Translations under genes and position numbers: made by a program
NCBI RefSeq assembly: GCF_001194135.2
Contig: NC_068984.1
Location: 66,454,267-66,518,266, forward strand
Origin: Octopus bimaculoides
Lineage: Eukaryota
Reading direction: 5' to 3'
DNA: 64,000 bases
The notes under the pieces: model-generated
Told to the model about the DNA's origin: nothing
Database searches by the model: none
Seen by the model: only the letters and a program-made list of their open reading frames with translations
Part shown: one piece after another, positions 26,345 to 38,660 of the stretch
Position numbering within the stretch: the stretch's first letter is position 1
Layout of the letters: each line of letters opens with the position of its first letter

Positions 26345-26871
26345 AAATGTATGTATGTATATTGTATGTTGTTTATTTGTCTATCATCAATTCATAAGAA
26401 ACTAATTAATTTTCAATGTTAAATTTTAATTGTAACAAGTAATATCTGATAAACTTGATTAGCAAAATTTGCTAGCAAATGTTATTTTATCAGCCTATAC
26501 AAAACAGAGCAGCATCTTCATATTCTCAAAGAAAGTTTGTCAGCTGCATCTCTTTTACATATTGTCATTCTGACAATGTCCATCATTTCCAACCATGACA
26601 GAGTTATTGATATAGATAACTAGAAACAAATGAAAATGTAATTGTATTATGTATAGCATTACCCATAGAGATAAAAGAAACACCCCTCACACACATACAG
26701 ATTGCTGAGAAACAGGCTCATCTTCATATGCACATAAACATTAATACTCTACTAAAAGTTAAACAGCCAATGAAGTGCCTTTTACATTATTGCTCAGAAA
26801 TAGCAAAGTCTTCATGAAAAAGAAAAAATCATACTTCACTATTTGAAAATTAAGAAACATATTTTAATATA

Positions 26872-27320
26872 GGCCTAGCTGTGTGGTTCAGAGGTCTGCT
26901 TGTCAGTCATGTAGATTTAGTCCCACTGCAAAGCATCTTGGGTAAGTGTCTTCTAATGTAACCACTTGCCAACCAAAGTCTTGTGAATGGAGTTGATACC
27001 TCTGGGCCAATAAAAGCTTTGTGAGTGGATATGGTTGGTGAAAACTGAAAGAAGCCTGTCATACATATGTATGTGTGTATGTGAATGCATGTGTGAGTTA
27101 GTGTCCCCTTGTCTTGATAGAGGATGAGTGATGTAAACTATCATTACCATTGTACAAATGGTGTTGTTTGTTTCCAATCTACTATGAAAGCAGGTCAAAT
27201 CATGGGGAAAATAAATGAAGTTGAAAACAGGAAGAGTATCTGGCCATAGAAAATATGCCTCAACAAATTCTATCTGAGTTATGCAAGAATGGAAATTTGG
27301 GCATTAAAATGATGATGATA
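26872..27320 (+). mobile_element. SINE with family A head and family C body
   Basis: GCTGTGTGG head, central (TG/TA)n, C body ending GGCATTAAAATGATGATGAT. Confidence 0.7.
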
Positions 27321-27438
27321 TCAGATAATGGTTCTCCCTAACTAAACCAAACAAGCCAATAGTTAAAATATGTAGACATAAACCATATGGTCTCGTAGAT
27401 GTATTTCATAGAGACAAACACAGATATGTGCAGACAGA

Positions 27439-27480
<42 letters not shown>

Positions 27481-28175
27481 TACATAATATTTTCAATTAA
27501 GAAATGTTGAAACAATTTTCCTTTGGTCACTAGTCCCTTTCATATGCTTGAAATGAAAAGATGCTCTGTTTTCTTTCAGTGATCCATCAAATACAACAAG
27601 CTTTTCTCTTAAACTTCAAATATTGAGAAAATATCTCTTCTTCAAATAAATAAGTTGCTTCTGTTTTAACCTCTATGATGTTTTATTATTTATTGCTGTG
27701 CTACCTTCAAATCTTAAGTACCTTTAAATAACCTACATTTAATTTGTAACAAATATGTTTACCACTGTTTAACTTGCTTCTGGAATTTGAAATTTAAAGA
27801 TTTCACTAACATTGATTATTATAAGATTTGATTCTTTAAATAGCAAGTATCTATTCTGGCTTCTGTATAATATATTTAATATAAAAGAGGTTATCTGGAC
27901 CAAAGATCAAGGCATTTACTTAATAAAAACCATGAAATTTTAATCACATCATGATAAAGGTTATCAGGATGTAAATTTTGTTTTTCTTGCAAACATGAAC
28001 ATTTGCTAAACTCCAAGAATGGTGAAAAAGTATCAGAACTATTTCCATGAGATTTAAACTCATAAAAACTATTTTAAGAAAGGCTATAATCATGTACTTG
28101 CCTACAGCAAAAATTCATGTGAAAGGCTGAATGCAAGCACATTGAAAAAGCAGCTGGGTATGAAAGATGTTGATT

Positions 28176-28216
<41 letters not shown>

Positions 28217-28610
28217 AAGCAGTGGCAGCACTAGTATTTTTTAAAATTATTATTTAATCTAAAGAAGAGGATTATGAGAATGAAGATGCTGAAACCTGAG
28301 AATTAGTATAAAAACCTTTTCACCTTTAGGGATTGTCACTAAAGTCTCTCCTGTTGACTGTAACATTTATTCCATTACACCTAATAAACCTCTGTTTTGG
28401 TTTTCCAAACAAAGCATACAGCATTCAATTTATCACTCCTTAACATATTTTATTCACATTTTGGTTATTGACCTTCTTGATTTATTAATACATTTTATTT
28501 ATTAATTCATTTATTTAATTTAGTTATGTAAATTATACTGATCAAAAATTATTTATAACTCTATATGTAAATGCCTTTGTCTGCTTATTAAGCAATCTTC
28601 TTTAGATTAT

Positions 28611-28652
28611 ACTTTACTGATGAGATCTAAAACTCTGAAACATGTCTGCAGT
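28611..28652 (+). ncRNA. Degenerate minimal type I hammerhead ribozyme motif
   Basis: ACTTTA-CTGATGA-(GATCTAAAACTCT)-GAAAC-AT-GTC-TGCAGT. Core, GUC triplet and an imperfect stem I are in the correct order; stem II is weak. Confidence 0.5.
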
Positions 28653-29204
28653 TGTTTCTTGCCCACAAACACCAATCCTACCTTCTCCTAAACTTGTAAA
28701 TGAACCCCAAGAAATTGAATCTTAATTTTTTTAAATTATCTCCCTTTTCCTTGAGTTTTTTTCTTAATATTTGTTAATCATATTCAATTAAAAACAGAAA
28801 TTTCAGTTAAGAGATTTTCTTTCCTTTTCTTTTTTTCTCTCTCTGCATACAACATTCAGTACATCACCTCTTATGATAGAAATAGAAATTCTTAAGAATG
28901 ACTAATAGGCATTGTGATGAAATGGTATCACTCCAAATGATTACTAGTAATAATGGTCACCAATATGATATCTGATTTAGGTGCAAACCCAGCAATTTGC
29001 GGGGAAAGGATAGTAATTGATATTTTCAATCCCTCTTCTTAACTGGTACAATGTTATCAACTCTGATGAGATAAAAAGGCAATGTTGAATTCACTGGGAT
29101 ATGAACCCAGAATGTGAAGAGCTGGAATGAATGCTACAAATAATTTTTTTCTGATGCTCTAATGATTTTGCCAGTTTGTCACAATTATAATTACCATTAA
29201 TATC

Positions 29205-29420
29205 AGTTTCCAATTTTGGCACAGGGCCAGCAGTTTCAGGGAAGGGGCTAAGTCGGTTAGATTGACCCCAGTGCTCAACTGGGACTTATTTTACCAACCC
29301 CCAAAAAATGAAAGGGCAAATTGACTTCAGCATAATTTGAACTCAAAACATCTAGATGAACGAAATTCCATTAAGCATTTTGCCCTATGTGCCAACGATT
29401 CTGCCAGCTTGCTGCTTTAT
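29205..29420 (-). mobile_element. SINE family B
   Basis: Family B motifs on the reverse complement. Confidence 0.8.
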
Positions 29421-29577
29421 AAGTACCATTAATATTATAACTTAAAATGTATAATTTATTTTTTTATTTAATTGATTTGATCTTACTGAAGAGCTTGTGC
29501 CCACAACCTTTAGAGCTTCTCTGAGACAGGTAATGATAATAATTCCTAAGTAAATATTCTGCAACATGGCTATACAT

Positions 29578-29990
29578 GTGATGTGGATGTGTGGTAAGAG
29601 GTTTGCTTCCTAACCACAAGGTTCTGAGTTCAGTTCCACTGCATGGCCCCATGGGTACTGTAGCCCTGAGCCAACCAAAGCCTTATCAGTAGATTTGGTT
29701 GACAGAAACTGAAAGAAGTCCATTGTGTATAAATGTATACATCTATGTGTGTGTGTGTGTGTGTGCGAGCGTGCATGTGTGTGCCTCTTTATGTTTGTAT
29801 CTACCACCTATTGGCAAATTGGTGTTGGTTTGTTTTTGTCCCTGTGAATTAACAGTTAGGCAAAAGAGACTGAAAGGATAAGCATCAGACTTTCAAATAA
29901 GAAACATGTACTGGGGCAGTTTACTTGACTAAACCATTCAAGGCAGTGCTCTAACATGACTGTAGTCCAATGACTAAATCAGGTAAAAGT
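29578..29990 (+). mobile_element. SINE family A, near full length
   Basis: Head, central (TG)n and 3' AATGACT..A..AGGTAAAAG end. Confidence 0.8.
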
Positions 29991-30066
29991 TAACATAATT
30001 TGTGCCATGAATAATTTTAGTTTAATTTCTTTTATTTGTTCGGGTATTTTTCTCCTTTTGTCATAA

Positions 30067-30067
<1 letters not shown>

Positions 30068-30105
<38 letters not shown>

Positions 30106-31260
30106 GTTTAATGTCCGCTTTTCATGCTGGCATGGGTCGGACTGTTTGACTGAGGACTGGTGAGCCAGATGGCTGCATCGGCTCCAATCTAATCTGGCAG
30201 AGTTTCTACAGCAGGATGGCCTTCCTAACACCAACCACTCTGAGAGTGTAGTGGGTACGTTTATGTGCCACTGACATGAGGGCCAGTAAGGCGGCCCTGG
30301 CAACGGCCATGGCAACGGCCATGCTCAAAAGATGTTTTCTACGTGCCACCTGCACAGGAGCCAGTCCAGCGGCACTGGCAACGACCTCACTCGATGTTGT
30401 CTTTCATGTGCCAGTAAGGCAATGCTGGTAATGATAATTCTCAAATGGTGCTTTTTACATGCCACCGGCATGGGAGCCAGTCAGTGGGCCTGGCAACGAT
30501 CACACTCAGATGGTGCTCTTAGCGCTCCACTAGCATGGATGCCAGTCAAGTGGTTCTGTCATTGAATTTGATTTCGATTTCACTTGCCTCAGCAGGTCTT
30601 CGCAAGCAGAGTTTAGCGTCCAATGAAGGAAAGGTACACATAAGTGGGCTGGTTACACCACTAGCATAGGCCACGGGTTATGGTCTCACTTGGTTTGCCA
30701 GGTCTTCCAAAGATCTCAATCACTAGTCATTCCCTCGGTGAGGCCTAATGTTCAAAAGTCGTGCTTCACCACGTCATCCCAGGTCTTCCTGGGTCTACCT
30801 CTTCCACAGGTTCCCTCAACCGCTAGGGTGTGACACTTTTTCACACAGCTATCTTCATCCATTCTCACCACATGACCATACCAGCACAGTCATCTCTCTT
30901 GCACACCATATCTGATGCTTCTTAGGTCCAACTTTTCTCTCAAGGTACTTACACTCTGTCAAGTATGCACACTGACATTACACATCCAGCGGAGCATACT
31001 GGCTTTGTTTCTTGCAAGCTTACACATGTCCTCAGCAGTCATGGCCCATGTTTCACTGCCATGAAGCATGGCTGTTCGTACATATGCCTCATACAGTCTA
31101 CCTGTTACTCTGAGTGAGAGGCCCTTTGTCACCAGAAGAGGTAGTGGCTCTCTGAACTTTGCCCAGGCTATTCTTATTTTAGTAGCTACACTTTCAGAGC
31201 ACCCACCCCCGCTACTGACTTGGTCACCTAGGTAATGGAAGCTATCAACTACTTCTAGTT
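30068..31260 (-). mobile_element. RTE-clade LINE, 5'-truncated, with RT C-terminal region, about 600-nt 3' UTR and (GAT)n tail
   Basis: Translates as EVVDSFHYLGDQVSSGGGCSESV..IRIAWAKFRE...YVRTAMLHGSETW...MLRWMCNV...WYGHVVRMDED...RGRPRKTWDDVV. The YLG, LHGSETW, WxGHVxR and GRPxxxW motifs are characteristic of RTE. Confidence 0.93.
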
Positions 31261-32630
31261 TTGAATTAAATATTCTGTTACACTTAAATTGCAAAGTAAT
31301 CATTTTTTCTTTCACCTTATAAAAAATACCACCTTACATAAAAATTCATGTAAGGTCACCAGTATTCATACACACACCACATATACAAACATTCATTGAC
31401 ACATTGTTTTAATACCTTTGGTTAATTGGTGGGCTAAGGTTTGTCGATGTAGACAAGAGAAAATTTAATATGCAAATGAAATCCTGAGAAAATGAAGATA
31501 GAGATATCACACCGAACCAAAACCTTGTTGTAACAATAAAAACAAAATATGTTAATTGCCATTACACCTGACTAATTAACTAATGCTCAGGTGGGTTTCT
31601 CAGACAGTTTTATCTTAGCACCAGTGAAGTCTGACATTATCAATTTTGATAAAAGTGACAAGAACTAATGCTTATGGCACCTACCAACACATATACATAG
31701 CTCACACTATAATTTATATCCTTTGTTATCATGATTATCTCTGACAGACCTAGCCAACCCATCACAAAACTAAAAGTGTGGGTGAGTGGATGAGGTATCA
31801 ATTATTGCATCGATTGCTGCCATCAATATCTTTTGTCATTTCCAAAATGCTTTATTTATAATCATTTTCATTGGCTTTTACATCAGTTATTCTTTATCTA
31901 TAAGCTTTTAAAATAGATGTTGGAATATTGCCCTGCCACCAGGAACATTTGCTTTGCATTTCATGCATGCTGTCATTTGCTCTTATGAGAGGAAGCTAAC
32001 TGTAGCTGCTATGCCAAAGCCAATTACATTATTAATGGTAAATATGGCTGCAAAAGTATTGTATACTATGTAGTAACAACAAGGAATGATCAGTGAAATG
32101 AGTTGCATTGAATTATTTAAGAATACCTTTAAAATTTGCCACCTACAACATATCAAAGCCTGATAATACAAACAAGCAATTCTAGATTGCTACAATGATG
32201 ATGATGATGGTGATGATGATGATGGATGATAAAACACTTAGTGCAATGCTTTGTTCTTACTGGACTGAGAATGTGACCCAGCTTTGGTTCTCAATTAGAA
32301 TTCTTCACTTAGATTCTATCATTAAAATTAAATTCTAGAACACCAGGAATGGTAACAAAAGCATCAACAACAGATCCAATCTTTACAGCTGCAGTAACAT
32401 TACCAATAATGTCAATGATGAATGTCTATGTGGTTTATGTTTTCAGAGGATATTTAATAGATATGTTTAGTAGATTACTTAACCTACTAGAAATAACAGA
32501 CAAATCTCCGTAGAAACACCATCTACCATCTTAGAAAGAAAGGCATATGGGACAATTTAGTTACATATATATATATATATATATATACATTTTGCTGGCA
32601 AGAAAGTAAATTATGAATGCAGTAAAGCTC

Positions 32631-32701
32631 GCAGCTACAGGACTTGAACCTGAACCCCTCAGATACTGGCTGAATGCTCTAGCCATTAAGCTGAACAACC
32701 C
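32631..32701 (-). pseudogene. tRNA-like pseudogene, copy 1
   Basis: D arm GCTT-AATGGCTA-GAGC, anticodon-arm-like TCAG-CCAGTAT-CTGA and T arm CAGG-TTCAAGT-CCTG. Acceptor stem is mismatched. Confidence 0.6.
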
Positions 32702-32906
32702 CTACCCCCCAACAACAATTACCATCAAATTTAATACTAAATTGTAGCTTTCAAATGAGACAACAGTTCATTAAAAGACTTTGGAAGGATCGAATAGGGT
32801 TGGGATTTTGCAGACAAGAAAGTAAATTTCAAATGCAATAAAGCTATAAGGACAGCAGAGAATGATTGGGTATTTACCCTAATAAGATGGGAAGAAGCTG
32901 CCAGAA

Positions 32907-32982
32907 GGCAGCTATGGGACTTGAACCCATAACTGTCAGATGCTGACTGAGTGCTCTAGCCATGAAGCTAAATGGTCTCCTC
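32907..32982 (-). pseudogene. tRNA-like pseudogene, copy 2
   Basis: TAGCTTCATGGCTAGAGCACTCAG-TCAGCAT-CTGAC...ATGGG-TTCAAGT-CCCAT-AGCTGCC. The loop resembles the tRNA-Ala(AGC) loop TTAGCAT. Confidence 0.6.
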
Positions 32983-34022
32983 GACAACAATTACCATCAA
33001 ATTTAATAGTAAATTATAGCTTCAAATCTGACAACATATTACAAACAATGTATCTATATATATTTAAATTTTGTACTGGAAGTAACTCTATAAGGTAAAC
33101 ATTATCAATGTGAAATACTTAAAGTGCATTGCTAAATTCTTTTAGGCTATGGTGTTTTGTCCAGAGAATGTCCTCTTAAAGATGTAGGTGGTTAAGAAGC
33201 ATAGCATACTACAAAGCCAGACTAAATAAACTGCCCAAGAGGTGAACAATAATGATAGATATCAATATTTCATAGTTATTTCTGCTTATTGGTGCTGTAT
33301 ACTTGATTCATTCTCAAAGCATATTCAAATTGCTGGCCTAAAGTATGTGCAGATAATGTAAAATATATATGCTGATGTGCAAGGGCCATTGCACAAGTAA
33401 AACAAAATTCAAATTTTGTGTTTGAAACAGCCCCATAATGTAAACATTATCAATGTCACAATTCTGCATGCCATATGAATCAAGTATATGGCAATGAGAG
33501 CAGAAATAACTGAAATATTGATATCTATAGTTCTCATTCACCTCCAGGTTGTTTCTTTTCACTTAGCTTTGTATGATGAGTGATTATGATTGACTTTCTT
33601 TTCGAAGATGATGTATGAGTGTTCAACCTTTTTGTCAAGTGACCTCCACAAAGGATTTGCTTATAATGATCAAATGTATGTGCTGTACATTACTTTACTG
33701 CCCCCATCAAATCTACATTGCCTGAACAGGTGCACAGTATGATCGCAGAGCAATGTGAGATGAAGTACTTTGCTCAGTAATAATGCACCACCTGGTCTAG
33801 GAATTGAAACTATAATTTTCCCTCAAAAAAATACTGCAACCTAAAAGCTTTTAACAATATACATACATTAAGCATGTGACATTGTTAATATTTACATTGT
33901 ATATCTGCTTCTAACACAAAATTGAATTTGGTTTATTTGTGAGGTACTGTTGCACGTCAAGAGATCGATTTTATAATATCTGTAAACACTTCAGGCTTGT
34001 GATTCAAATTTGTATCAAGGGT

Positions 34023-34485
34023 GAATTGAGTATATGACACTGATGAGCAAAAATAACTGTGAAATATCAATATCTGTCATTTCTGTTCATCTCCAGGGTA
34101 GTTCATTTCTCCCATCTTTAAAGTATTACATGTTTTTCAACACTACATCTTTAATAGCACCTTCTCAGGATGAAATACCATAGCCTAAAAGTGTTTAACA
34201 ACACACATACATTGAGTATGTGACATCAGTTAGTATATATGCATATACAAGAATTGAGTATATGGCACCAATGAGCAGAAATAACTGTGAAATGTCAATA
34301 TCTGTCATTTTCTTTCATCTGAAGAGTAGTTAATTTCTTCTGATTTTGAAGTGTTACATGTTTTTCAACACACTACATCTTTAATGAGACCTTCCCAGGA
34401 TTAAATACCACACCTTGAAAATGTTCAACAATACACATGCATTGAGTATGTGACATTGGTAATGTATATGTATATAGAAGAATTG
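34023..34485. repeat. Diverged tandem duplication, 2 x about 228 bp, with a partial copy at about 33478-33560
   Basis: Units start GAATTGAGTATATG at 34023 and 34251; a third start GAATTG at 34480. Confidence 0.9.
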
Positions 34486-34609
34486 GTCTTGATGTCTGAA
34501 TCGCCATTGATCACAGGTCTGCTTAATAAAGGCTGTCTTGCAACTAAACAACAACAAATGAATGAACATGTTTATATGGCTGATTGTAAATGGCATATAT
34601 ACAAGAATA

Positions 34610-34900
34610 TATCTATGAGTGAATGTGAGTGTAGGTATGTTTGTGTCTCCTGGTCTTGACATTGAGTGATAGTTGTAAATGAATTTCACTGTCGTACAAA
34701 CAGTGTCATTCATTTCTAATATTCTGCAAAAATATCTACTCAGTGAGAAATGTTACCTTGCTTGGAAACAGAGGAGAATTGGTAACAGGAAGAACACCTG
34801 GCTATAGAAAAATCTATCTCAATAAACTCTGTATGACTTTTACACTCTATCTGGCCCTTACAAGAACAGAAAAGTGGACATTAAAAATGATGATGATCAT
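34610..34900 (+). mobile_element. SINE family C body with RTE-like tail
   Basis: GGTCTTGACATTG...TTACCTTGCTTGGAAAC...AAAAGTGGACATTAAAATGATGATGAT. Confidence 0.75.
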
Positions 34901-34924
34901 CATATATATGTGTGTGTGTGTATC

Positions 34925-35481
34925 CATCATCATCATCGTTTAACGTCTGCTTTTCATGCTAGCATGAGTTGGACCATTTGACTGAGGACTGGCAAACCAG
35001 ATGGCTGCACCAGGCTCCAATCTGATTTGGCAGATTTTCAACAGCTGGATGCCCTTCCTAACACCAACCACTCTGAGAGTGTAGTGGGTGCTTTTACGTG
35101 CCGCTGGCAACAGCTATGCTCAAATGGTGTTTTTTACGTGCCACCTGCACAGGAGCCAGTTTGGCGGCACTGGCCTTGACCTCGCTTGAATGTTTTCTCA
35201 TGTGCCACCGGCACAAGTGCCAGTAAGGCGACGCTGGTAACGATCACACTCAAAAGGTGCTTTTTGCATGCCACTGGCATGGAAGCCAGACAGCTGCTCT
35301 TGCAATGATCACACTAGTATGGTCCTGTTAGTGCTCCACTGGCACGGGTGCCAGTCATCGAATTTGGCTCGATTTCGATTTCGCTTGCCTCATCAGGTCT
35401 TTTGCAAGCAGAGTTTAGTGTCCAATGAAGGAAAGGTATGCATAAGTGGGTTGGTTATACCACTGGCAAAGGCCACGGGTT
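34925..35481 (-). mobile_element. RTE LINE 3' UTR copy
   Basis: Collinear with 30068-30690. Confidence 0.88.
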
Positions 35482-35534
35482 AACCAGTATCCCTATACAC
35501 ACATATTAATACATACTAACATATGTAAGTTTAT

Positions 35535-35830
35535 TGGTTTCAAATTTTGGCACAAGGCCAGAATGTTCAGAGGAAGGGCTAAGTCAATTACATCAACTCC
35601 AGTACTCAACTGGTACTTATTTTATCGACCTCAAAAGAATGAAAGGCAAAGTCAAACTCAGCAGAATTTGAACTCAGAATGTAAAAATGGATAGAATGTC
35701 GCTAAGCATTTTGTCCAGCATGCTAATGATTCTGCCAGCTTGGCAACTTACTCTTATAATATCAATTTTAATTTTTGGGGCAAGGCCAGCCATTTTGGAG
35801 GATGGGTTAAGTCAATTTCATGGACCCCAA
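35535..35830 (-). mobile_element. SINE family B (full copy plus partial tandem copy)
   Basis: Family B motifs at 35535-35750; a second tail at 35760-35830. Confidence 0.8.
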
Positions 35831-35834
35831 AAGG

Positions 35835-36100
35835 ATGTAAGGCAAAAAGACAAAAGCAGGAAACGTCAAGGAGTTTCATATAAATCAGACCACTGGTTAT
35901 TGAGATATACGGTTTTTTTCAGGTACCTTTAAAAATAGCCAAACTGGCATATAATGGAAAAAATGCTTTGAAAGTAAGGCAGCATTGAAATGTGAATACA
36001 CACAGAATAACAGAAGTTTCACGTAAATCGGACCAGAGATATGCGGGTTTTTTGGTTATCTTGAACTATTGGTGGCCCAACGGATCACGAGTAGTCTAGT
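35835..36100 (+). mobile_element. Non-autonomous Helitron-like 3' portion
   Basis: Imperfect hairpin GTGGCCCAACGGATCAC (36072-36088), 7 nt before a terminal CTAG|T (36096-36100). CpG-retaining body. Confidence 0.5.
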
Positions 36101-36101
36101 A

Positions 36102-36119
<18 letters not shown>

Positions 36120-36142
<23 letters not shown>

Positions 36143-36375
36143 TTATCTGTGTGTGTGTCTTTGTGTCTGTGTTTGTCTCCCTCTCCCATCATTGCTTGAC
36201 AACTGGTGCTGGTGTTTTTATACCCCCCATAATTTAGCTCTTCAGCAAAGGAGTCTGATAGAATTAGTGCTAGGCTTTAAAAAAAGTACTGGGGTCAATT
36301 TATTTGTCTAAGAAAATTCTTCAAGGCAGTGCTCCAGCATGGCCACAGCCAAATGACTGAAACAAGTAAAATAAT
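36120..36375 (+). mobile_element. SINE family A, 3' half
   Basis: GCTTGACAACTGG...GGCAGTGCTCCAGCATGGCC...ATGACTGAAACAAGTAAAA. Confidence 0.8.
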
Positions 36376-36830
36376 ATAAACATTTAAGAAACATTTTAGT
36401 AAAGCTAAATATATATTTATTAGACCTATCCATGTGAATTTATATACAGCCTCTACACACATATGCGCACACACTTATACAACATTCACACCACCTATGT
36501 ACACATATATGTATGTAGGTGTGTATATTTCTTAGCTGAAGTGTGTGTATAGTGTGTATATTTCTGTTATATTGCATTGGCATTGCATTCATGATAGCAT
36601 CTGTTAAGCCCACAAACCTCTCTGCTGTATGACACAGCATGCAAATAACTGTCTGTACATGCACACATGCTACATATGTTTCTGTGTATGTGGGTGTATA
36701 TATTTATGTCTACATGCATGCGTGCATGACAAGTTTGTTGTCAAATACTATAACCATATTCTTAATGGGCTGTTCCTCCGGAAAATAATTTCTTTAAATG
36801 TTCTTCATTATTCATTTATCATTATTATTG

Positions 36831-36868
<38 letters not shown>

Positions 36869-38311
36869 GTCATTTATTTTGTTATATTTTTGCTGGGTTT
36901 TTTTTATTACCTTCTTAATGTATTTTTTATTTGTTTTTGGCAAATAGCATTAGACAGTGAATTGCTGCTTAATTTAGCTGGAATAAAACTTAAAACCAGC
37001 TGCCAATCAACATTAGAACTAGATTTATGTATCAATTGTTACTGGTCATAATATCTTAAATAAATGAGTATAAGAGAGAGGTAAAGAAAGAGAGAAAGAG
37101 AGAGAGGAGGGAGTGAAACTGGCGAGGGAGATTATTTTCACCCTACTTGGAGAACCTACTGGTACTTCATAGTAATGATACTTTTATTAGATTTCTCCTA
37201 AATGCATTTTTAACTTTAATACACAATCACACACATACATGTATCCTTGTAGATATATATGTGTGCATACATATATATGTACACATACACACACACACAT
37301 TTAGATGCATACATACATGCATATATATATAGAGAGATATATAGATATATACACACATACATAAATGCATACACAAATATATGAATGTACATGCATTTGT
37401 GAGTGTGTGCATATATATCTATGTATACAGATACATATATACAGATGTGTGTGTGTGATTCAATTTCTATTATCATCCTAATGCAGTACACTTTCAGCTT
37501 CATTTTCATTTTAAACAATGCTGCGAAATTACATGGAGATAAGTCAGCAAGTACAGAGGGTTAAGGATGGCCATTATTTCCTTCTTCATGAAAAACTCTG
37601 TTGTTGTGAAGGAGATTTGTGTGAATGAATTGTTAGAATCCAATGGCCAATAGCAGTTATATCATTATTCAGGTCTTCAGTCTTTTGAACTACATATCAT
37701 CCCTGAAGCACTTTAGAGCCTTGCATTAAAATTCAAATTTCATCTTACATTTCAGAGGAACAATGCTCTCGTTGTCAATAAATATGACATACATGCTTTT
37801 CATTGTACTCATGCCACGCTTTCCCTGGCACCGTTTCTATGACTGGATGACCTTCTTAATATCAGCCACTTTCTAATACAGTACACTGGGTCCTGTTTAT
37901 TGTGGCACTAGCATTAGAGAAGTTGTCTTTTATTTGCAAGGATAAGAATAAGGATTCTTGACTGAATATTGTCTTTCCTTATTTGTTTCATTCAGCAAAT
38001 GCTCAAAGAGCTGTGAATTAAAGGAAATCATAGAAGATGGAGTTAATGAACAAATGGAAATATAACATATAAATTCGAATAACTTGTATAAATAAAATGT
38101 AAGCAAGCCTTTATTTTTGATGTGGGCAGAGTATTAAGATTGAAATAGGAAAAGAAGCCATTGCTTGCCATATTAGGAATCAATAACTGATATTTTGAAT
38201 AAATTTAAAGTTTTGGTATACTAAAGTGATTTTGAAAAAAGATCTTAAAATGTTGGCAATGGATTTCTTTTTCCAAACACCAGGGAGGTTTTAAAATGTG
38301 AGGGATTATCT

Positions 38312-38660
38312 CAGGGGTTCTCAACCATTTTTTATCTATGAACCCCTTTGATTACTATTTTACTTTGGTGGACCCCCATAGCCATTCGATGTTTAAAAAC
38401 TAGTTTTATAGAAACTTCTTTCAAAATATCTATTTTGTTTTTCATGTGTTAATTTGTGTAGGATGAACCATGCAAAATGTTAGAGAAAGAAACCTAGCTG
38501 TTGTTTTACAGTACATACCAATACATACATCTAAGCAGAAATTTTTCAGGGGCTCTTAAGATACTATTGTGGATCCCTAATTTACTATTTTGTTATATGG
38601 ACCCCAAAATATCATATATGGGCTTTCAGAGGCCATACAGACCCCAGTTGAAAACCGCTG
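38312..38660. mobile_element. hAT (Charlie-like) MITE
   Basis: TIRs CAGGGGTTCTCAAC and GTTGAAAACCGCTG, with GGACCCC subterminal repeats. No recognisable TSD. Confidence 0.7.

Noticed and set aside
29484-29535. CTGAAGAG...GAGACAGGTA as a hammerhead
   Set aside because: GAGAC instead of GAAAC, and no stem I.
31420-31620. Octamer ATGCAAAT and several TAAT sites as an enhancer
   Set aside because: Expected by chance at this AT content; needs conservation or chromatin data.
35345-35400. CTGATGAGGCAAGCGAAAT (-) in the RTE UTR as a hammerhead
   Set aside because: Other copies read CTGTTGA or CTGCTGA, stem II is 1 bp, position 17 is G and there is no stem I.
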